A DNA stretch of 32,000 bases from an uncultured Actinomycetes bacterium (GTDB lineage Bacteria > Actinomycetota > Actinomycetes > S36-B12 > CAIYMF01). Positions 26,651 to 32,000 of this stretch are shown piece by piece. Under the pieces are notes generated by a model. It had not been told where the DNA came from and searched no databases. It saw nothing but the letters and a program-made list of their open reading frames with translations. The translations under genes were made by a program, and so were the position numbers. The stretch lies in the NCBI GenBank assembly GCA_963843975.1, contig CAWJMG010000001.1, positions 750,001 to 782,000 on the forward strand. Direction: 5' to 3'. Numbering within the stretch: position 1 is the first letter of the stretch; the number at the start of each line of letters is the position of its first letter.

Positions 26651-27985
26651 TTAGGACTTGGGAGCCCTGTCGTAGGCGGCCTGGACAGCCTCCGCCACCT
26701 GCTGTGCGGACTCCTTGAGAGCCAGCGCCTGCTGCATGTGCGACTCCAGCGCGGCCGTCACCTCCGCACTCGGGAAGGTCGCATCGGGGAACGTGTTGCT
26801 CTTGCCGCTCTTCAGGAAGGCGGTGATCTGCTGGTTCACCTGGAGCGGCGACGGGTTCGCCTCATCGGCGAAGGTCGGCACGAGGCCGCCGTTGCCCGCC
26901 TGGTTCGCCACGTAGAGCTGGTCGATCTCCGGGGTAGCGAGGAAGTCCACGAACGCCTGGGCGAGGGCAGGATTCTTCGCCTTGGCGTTGACGACCATCG
27001 ACTGGAACGGAGCCACGATCATGCCGCTGTCCGCTGCTGTATCGGTTGCGGGAAGCGGATAGGTGCTGAAGGTGACCTCCTTCGGCCCGTACGGCAGATA
27101 GGCGCCGTATCCGACGATGCCGAGGACCTTGCCGCCGAACAGGAGGTTGAACGCCCCCGGCAGGTCCGTCCCGGTGAAGTTGTCCGGGAAGCAGCCAGCG
27201 TTCACCATGTCGATGTTGCGCTGGATGGCGTCCACCCATCCTGAGGTCTGCCAGGTGAGGCTCCCATCCGCCAGCTTCGCGTCGAAGTCGGGTGTCTTCG
27301 AGTACACCGTCTGGTAGCTCATGGCGTAGATGACGCTGCGGGCCTCGAACGGAGTGGCCGGCCCGGCGGCGTACGCCACAGTGCCCTTGGCGCGCGCAGC
27401 CTTGCAGAAGGCGAGCACCTCCGAGAAGGTCGTCGGGGCCGTCAGCCCGTTGTCCTTCATGAGCTTGTCGTTCAGCAGCTGCGCCACGTTGGTCAGCGAG
27501 ATCGAGAAGCCGTAGAACTGGTCGTCCTTCTTCAGCACGGGCGAGATGGACGGCGGCATCTGGCTCGTCCAGCTTCCGGTGAGCGGAGCCAGGAAGCCGC
27601 GCTTGGCGAGACCCACGACGGAGACCGCCGTTCCGGAACCTGCGTCGGCGCGGAAGATGTCGGGCCCGGTGCCGGCCGCGAGGCGGGTCGGGATCTGGGT
27701 CGCCAGCGCGTCAGGTGCCAGGTAGTCGACGTTCACCGTGGTACCGGGGTACTTCTTCTGGAACTCGGCCACCACTGCGGTCATCGCCGGCTTGGAGCCC
27801 GACTCCCAGGTGATCGACAGTTCGCCGCTCACTGGGGTCGCACTGGCACTGGTGCTCGTGCCAGTGGGGGGGCTCGTACTGGTCACTGCGCCACCTCCGC
27901 CTGACGACGAGCACGCGCTGAGCGCGAGCATCGAGGCGGCTGCCACCCCTGTGATCGCGATCCGGCTTGCGCGAGGAACTGCCAT
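26651..27985 (-). CDS. carbohydrate ABC transporter substrate-binding lipoprotein (family 1 SBP)
   Basis: 444 aa. ATG 27985 is preceded by GGAGAG. Lipoprotein signal with lipobox MLALSAC followed by a Ser/Gly/Thr linker. The body is typical of CUT1 sugar SBPs. Confidence 0.88.
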   Translation of the reverse strand: MAVPRASRIAITGVAAASMLALSACSSSGGGGAVTSTSPPTGTSTSASATPVSGELSITWESGSKPAMTAVVAEFQKKYPGTTVNVDYLAPDALATQIPTRLAAGTGPDIFRADAGSGTAVSVVGLAKRGFLAPLTGSWTSQMPPSISPVLKKDDQFYGFSISLTNVAQLLNDKLMKDNGLTAPTTFSEVLAFCKAARAKGTVAYAAGPATPFEARSVIYAMSYQTVYSKTPDFDAKLADGSLTWQTSGWVDAIQRNIDMVNAGCFPDNFTGTDLPGAFNLLFGGKVLGIVGYGAYLPYGPKEVTFSTYPLPATDTAADSGMIVAPFQSMVVNAKAKNPALAQAFVDFLATPEIDQLYVANQAGNGGLVPTFADEANPSPLQVNQQITAFLKSGKSNTFPDATFPSAEVTAALESHMQQALALKESAQQVAEAVQAAYDRAPKS

Positions 27986-28022
27986 GGAACTCTCCGTTTC
28001 TCGTTGCGATGCGGGTGTTGCG

Positions 28023-28847
28023 CTAGCCCTTGATTCCCGTGGCGTAGCCGCGGAAGACCGCCTTCTGCATCAGGAGGAAGGCAGCAAGAATGGGGATCGA
28101 ACCGAGGATCAGGGACGAGAAGATCAGGCCCCATTGCGAGTCGTAGGCACCGACGAACTGGTAGACGGCCAGCGGGATCGTCTGGACCGGGCTACCGCTG
28201 AGGTAGAGCAGCGGGGCGTAGAAGTCGTTCCAGATGAGGACGGCGTTCATGATCCCGACGGTGCCCGTCACGGGTGCCAGGAGTGGCAGCGTGACGTGCC
28301 AGAAGGTCTGGAAGCGGCCACACCCGTCGATGGCGGCCGCCTCCTCGTAGTCCAACGGAACGCTGCGGAGGAACTCGGTGTAGAGGAAGATCGAAAACGC
28401 TGCCTGCTGCCCGGTATAGAGCACGATCAGCCCCGACTGATTCCCGAGGAGCCCGAGATCCCGGAATGTCGAGTAGAGCGGGATCAGTGCCAGCTGGAAG
28501 GGCAGAAGCAGGCCGGTCATCAGCGCGAGGTAGGTCAGCTTCGACCACCCGGCAGTGAGCCGCGCCAGGGGGTACGCCGCCGTCGCCCCGACGAGGATCA
28601 GGAGGAGGACGCTGACGCCCGTCACGATGAGGCTGTTGACCAGTGCGTTCCCGAGCTTGGCCTCGGACCACGCAGTGGCGAAGTTCCCCCACACCAGCTC
28701 GTGCGGCGGCACCAGCTGGTTGTCGTAGTCGTTGGCGCCTCGGACCGAGTTCACGACCACGAGGTACACCGGGAACAGGATCGCGAGCGCCCCGAGGAGG
28801 AGCACTCCTTCGAGGACTCCCGTCCGCCACGTGTATCGCCTACGCAT
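28023..28847 (-). CDS. carbohydrate ABC transporter permease (MalG-like)
   Basis: 274 aa, about 6 TM segments, EAA-loop region EEAAAIDGCGRFQTFWHVTLPLLAP. Confidence 0.9.
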   Translation of the reverse strand: MRRRYTWRTGVLEGVLLLGALAILFPVYLVVVNSVRGANDYDNQLVPPHELVWGNFATAWSEAKLGNALVNSLIVTGVSVLLLILVGATAAYPLARLTAGWSKLTYLALMTGLLLPFQLALIPLYSTFRDLGLLGNQSGLIVLYTGQQAAFSIFLYTEFLRSVPLDYEEAAAIDGCGRFQTFWHVTLPLLAPVTGTVGIMNAVLIWNDFYAPLLYLSGSPVQTIPLAVYQFVGAYDSQWGLIFSSLILGSIPILAAFLLMQKAVFRGYATGIKG

Positions 28848-29748
28848 CGCGGGCCGCCCGTCGTCTCGCCGCCACCTGCTGCGCCAGCGCCGCGCCCACG
28901 GCGAGGACGGCGATGACCACGGCGAACGTCGCGCCGTAGCTGAAATTCCCGAACACGAAGGTCACCTGGTACTGCGCGGTGGACAGGGTCTGGGTCGCGT
29001 CGCCCGGACCCCCCTCGGTCATCACCCACACCTGGTCGAACGTCTTCAAGCCGCCGACGACGGCGAGCAGGACGCTGACAGTGACCGACGGCTTCAGCAG
29101 AGGAAGGGCGATGTGCACGAGCCGTCGGAGCGGGCCGGCGCCGTCCAGCTCTGCCGCCTCCAGGACCTCGTCAGGCACCCCCTGCAGGCCGGCGAGGTAG
29201 ATGACCATCGAGATGCCGGAGAACTGCCACACGATGGTGAGCGTCACCGCCCACAGTGCCGTCGAGGAGTCGCCGAGCCACGCCGTCTGGAGGTCCTTCA
29301 ACCCGATCGCGCCGAGAACGGCGTTGAGCGGCCCGTCGGGCAGGTAGATGAACTTCCAGACGTTCGCCACGACGACCGGTGTGAGGATCACCGGGGCGAA
29401 GTACAGCAGCCGGAGGAGGCTCTTGGTCTTCAACGCCGTGTTGAGGCCGAGCGCGAGCAGCAGCCCGATCACGTTGATCAGCAGCGTCGTCACCACGGTG
29501 AGCAGCAAGGTGTGGGTCAGAGCCGACAGCGCCAACGGGTCGCGGAGAAGGGTCGCGTAGTTCTTCAAGCCGATGTACGAGTACTCACCGAAGCCGGACC
29601 AGTTCGTGAAGGAGTACAGGATGCCCTGGATCGAGGGCACGATGACCACGAAGACGACGGCTGCGACCGCCGGGACAAGGAACGGAACGCCCCAGGCGCT
29701 GCTGGTGTGGTGCGAGCGGACGCGCGCTCCGGACAAGGTTCGTGTCAT
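28840..29748 (-). CDS. carbohydrate ABC transporter permease (MalF-like)
   Basis: C-terminal 302 aa of ORF 28840..30123(-). ATG 29748 overlaps the upstream stop (ATGA 29745-29748). EAA loop LEAAELDGAGPLRRLVHIALPLL. 8-nt overlap with the next permease. Confidence 0.9.
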   Translation of the reverse strand: MTRTLSGARVRSHHTSSAWGVPFLVPAVAAVVFVVIVPSIQGILYSFTNWSGFGEYSYIGLKNYATLLRDPLALSALTHTLLLTVVTTLLINVIGLLLALGLNTALKTKSLLRLLYFAPVILTPVVVANVWKFIYLPDGPLNAVLGAIGLKDLQTAWLGDSSTALWAVTLTIVWQFSGISMVIYLAGLQGVPDEVLEAAELDGAGPLRRLVHIALPLLKPSVTVSVLLAVVGGLKTFDQVWVMTEGGPGDATQTLSTAQYQVTFVFGNFSYGATFAVVIAVLAVGAALAQQVAARRRAARDA

Positions 29749-30695
29749 GTCGTCGTCCCCCCGCTGCCCGCGCCGACCAGGCCGGTGAGGTACTCCTGGG
29801 CATGCTCGGCGTACCAGAGGACGTCGCCTCCGTAGTGCTCGACGACGAGCGGACCTGAGTAGCCGGAGCCGGTGGCGATCGCGAGCGCGCGTCGGTAGTC
29901 GATGCAGCCCTCCGGCAACGTCGAGGGCGTGGCGACGAAGCGGCCACCCTCCATGCCGATGCGGTGGCAGTTCTTCACGTGCCAGTAATTCATGACGGGA
30001 GCTACCGCGATGAGCGTCTCCACCCAGGTCTCCACAAGCGGCCAAGGAACCCGCACAAGGCTTCCCAGGTCGGGGTTGACCCCGAGGGCCGGACTCCCCA
30101 CCGCGTCGACCAGCTCCAGACACGCGGCCGCGCGGTCAAGGAGGCTCAACTCGTTCATCTCCAAGGAGAGCGAGACGCCGTGGATTTCCGCGTGAGCGGT
30201 CAGCACCCCCACCAGACGGACGGCGCGCGCCCTGGTGTCCGCCGAGTGCTCCAGAGGTCCGTTCACGCGCAACCAGGGCGGCTGGACGTCGCCGGGAGCA
30301 ACTCCCGCCCCGGGGCCGTTGTGCAGTCCGATGCTGACGACCGGTGCGCCGAGGCCGACGGCGTTGTCGATCGCCCGCCGTCCTCGCTCGGCCGACCTGT
30401 CGACGGCGACGTCATCCTCGACGGTCAGGTCGATGACTGAGGCGCCCACGACCTCGAGCTCAAGGCGGTCCAGCGCAGAGCTCAGGGCACGCACAGCGCT
30501 CGAGTCGAGCCGTGCCAGCGGAGTCCACAGGTCGCTGAGGTCCACGGCCGAGTACCCCGCGTCACGCAAGAGGCGCAGGTACCCCACGATCGCCTCGACA
30601 TCGGCAGCTCCGCCCGGCGGGCGACCGAGCGAGGCGAGCAAGCCGGTGGATGCCGCGACCGTGGGGACACGTGGGGCGCCGCCAGCGGCACTCAT
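29745..30695 (-). CDS. sugar phosphate isomerase/epimerase (xylose-isomerase-like TIM barrel)
   Basis: 316 aa. The start overlaps the lactonase stop (ATGA 30692-30695). Motifs: VSIGLHNG, LSLEMNE, NPDLGS, WHVKN and VVEHYGG, typical of this fold family. Confidence 0.75.
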   Translation of the reverse strand: MSAAGGAPRVPTVAASTGLLASLGRPPGGAADVEAIVGYLRLLRDAGYSAVDLSDLWTPLARLDSSAVRALSSALDRLELEVVGASVIDLTVEDDVAVDRSAERGRRAIDNAVGLGAPVVSIGLHNGPGAGVAPGDVQPPWLRVNGPLEHSADTRARAVRLVGVLTAHAEIHGVSLSLEMNELSLLDRAAACLELVDAVGSPALGVNPDLGSLVRVPWPLVETWVETLIAVAPVMNYWHVKNCHRIGMEGGRFVATPSTLPEGCIDYRRALAIATGSGYSGPLVVEHYGGDVLWYAEHAQEYLTGLVGAGSGGTTT

Positions 30696-31546
30696 GCTGA
30701 GCCGATCAGGCGTGGGTAGTGCAGCGGGAGGCCCGGAGCCGGGGCCGCCACCTCGAGGATCTGCGATCCCGACAGCGCCGAGATCGCCACTCGGTCCAGC
30801 GATGTGCCGAAGTACGAAACATTGGCCGGCGACTTCAGGGTGATGCCGACCGGGTCGTCGAGGTAGAGCTCTGCATCGGTGCTTCCCGGTGCCACGTAGA
30901 GCAGCTGGTGCGGGTAGTAGCAGGCGACCAGCATGCCGCCCGAGGCGTCGGCGGCGATGCCGTCGGGGGTGACGGAGCCGAGGTGCACGAGGTCCTCGAG
31001 CTTGCCGCCGGAGTAGCGAGAGATGCCGAAGCCGAAGCTCTCGAGCAGGAGGACACCCCCCTCAGCGTCGAGGCACAGCCCGTTGGGGAAGTTGAGAGGC
31101 CTGCCGACGTCCATCACCTCCCCGTCGCCTCCGTGCGGGGGGATGCGCACGAGTCGACCGGTCGGGTTGTCGGGGTCCTCGGCGCCTGAGTCGCTCAACC
31201 AGAGATTGCCGTCGCGGTCGAACGCGCAGTAGTTCGGCACCGTGTAGCCGACGCCTGCTGCCGATTCGGACCACACCGACACGACGCCGTCCTGCGTCAC
31301 GCGGACCACGTTGCGAGCGATGACGTTGCACGCGTATAGGTTCGACTCGTCGTCGCAGCACAGGCCGAGGACGATCCCGTCGACGTGTGCGATCAGCTCC
31401 TTGGTGCCGGCGTCGGGGTGGATTCGGTAGATGTCCCCGCTGCAATCGCCGGAGTAGAGGGTCCCGTCGGGGCCGGTCGTGACCGACTCCGGCCTGTCCA
31501 GGCCTTCGGCGACGACACGGACGTTCCCACGCGCCAGGATCACCAT
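30692..31546 (-). CDS. SMP-30/gluconolactonase/LRE-family beta-propeller protein (probable sugar lactonase)
   Basis: 284 aa. Repeated propeller-blade pattern (PESVTTGPDGTLYSGD, FDRDGNLWLSD, PNGLCLDAEGG, PDGIAADASGG). Confidence 0.75.
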   Translation of the reverse strand: MVILARGNVRVVAEGLDRPESVTTGPDGTLYSGDCSGDIYRIHPDAGTKELIAHVDGIVLGLCCDDESNLYACNVIARNVVRVTQDGVVSVWSESAAGVGYTVPNYCAFDRDGNLWLSDSGAEDPDNPTGRLVRIPPHGGDGEVMDVGRPLNFPNGLCLDAEGGVLLLESFGFGISRYSGGKLEDLVHLGSVTPDGIAADASGGMLVACYYPHQLLYVAPGSTDAELYLDDPVGITLKSPANVSYFGTSLDRVAISALSGSQILEVAAPAPGLPLHYPRLIGSA

Positions 31547-31548
31547 CG

Positions 31549-32000
31549 TCAGACTCCGTTCGTCGCCGGCGCGGAGGCGCGGGCCTCGAAGTACACGCGA
31601 GAACTGGTCGGGCTCCCGATCTGCATGCCGCCGTCGACGACGACGTACTCCCCTGTCACACCGTCGGAGAGGCTGGACGAGAGGTACAGGACCGTCTTGG
31701 CGATCTGCTCCCCGGTGGTCATCCGCCCGAGCGGGATGCGGCCCTCGGCCTCGCGGGTCGCCGACGGATCGGCGGACCTCATCAACGGGCCGTCTACCAT
31801 GCCCGGCAGGACTGCGTTGACGCGAATACCGTCGCGGGCGAACTCGAATGCCGCGTGCCTGACCAGGCCGAGGACCCCGCTCTTCGCGGCCGTGTATCCG
31901 ACTCCGGCGTGCGTCGACATCCGGATCGATGCCAGCGATCCGACGGCGACGATGGCGCCACCGCCCCGCGCACGCATCGCCGGTTGCGCGGCCTTCACCA
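31549..32000 (-). CDS. short-chain dehydrogenase/reductase (SDR), 5' end beyond the window
   Basis: Partial ORF running off the right edge. Catalytic YxxxK (VGYTAAKSG), IRVNAVLPG and YVVVDGG. The stop is 2 nt before the lactonase start. Confidence 0.8.
   Translation of the reverse strand, partial: VKAAQPAMRARGGGAIVAVGSLASIRMSTHAGVGYTAAKSGVLGLVRHAAFEFARDGIRVNAVLPGMVDGPLMRSADPSATREAEGRIPLGRMTTGEQIAKTVLYLSSSLSDGVTGEYVVVDGGMQIGSPTSSRVYFEARASAPATNGV

Overview
Gene-dense 32-kb window of very high G+C, with actinobacterial-style genes (GTG starts, 4-nt ATGA/GTGA stop-start overlaps, GGAGG-type ribosome-binding sites). All family calls come from reading motifs in the supplied translations; no database search was run. 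I support about 29 protein-coding genes. I found no rRNA, tRNA, CRISPR array, transposase, integrase or recognisable defence or toxin-antitoxin module.

Layout:
- 33-11656, mostly housekeeping: GGDEF diguanylate cyclase, IdeR/DtxR repressor divergent from a photolyase, an orphan ParA-like ATPase with a coupled Pro/Ala-rich ribbon-helix-helix (RHH)-type partner, two MFS transporters, pdxH, citA-type citrate synthase and serC.
- 11729-18068, homogentisate catabolic cluster: hmgA coupled to a self-sufficient P450-reductase-[2Fe-2S] fusion. Divergent from these are an unrecognised ~300-aa protein coupled to fahA, and an IclR regulator.
- 18130-25442, LacI-controlled operon: fused DhaK/DhaL kinase, RpiB-family and TIM-family isomerases, Gfo/Idh/MocA oxidoreductase, xylose-isomerase-like TIM barrel and a serine hydrolase. 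This looks like a tetrulose/erythrulose-phosphate type pathway.
- 25655-32000, second sugar cluster: an AraC regulator convergent with a carbohydrate ABC importer (substrate-binding protein (SBP) plus two permeases, no ATPase), a TIM-barrel enzyme, an SMP-30-like lactonase and an SDR that runs off the window edge.

Two otherwise intact genes, serC and the P450 fusion, each carry an apparent single-G insertion. This is either assembly error or real inactivation.

The most interesting items are hypotheses, not demonstrated novelties:
- The unassigned protein sits in the slot of the missing maleylacetoacetate isomerase.
- The P450 fusion is coupled to hmgA.
- The tetrulose-like operon has an unusual front end.

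I do not see a clear previously undescribed multi-gene system beyond these.
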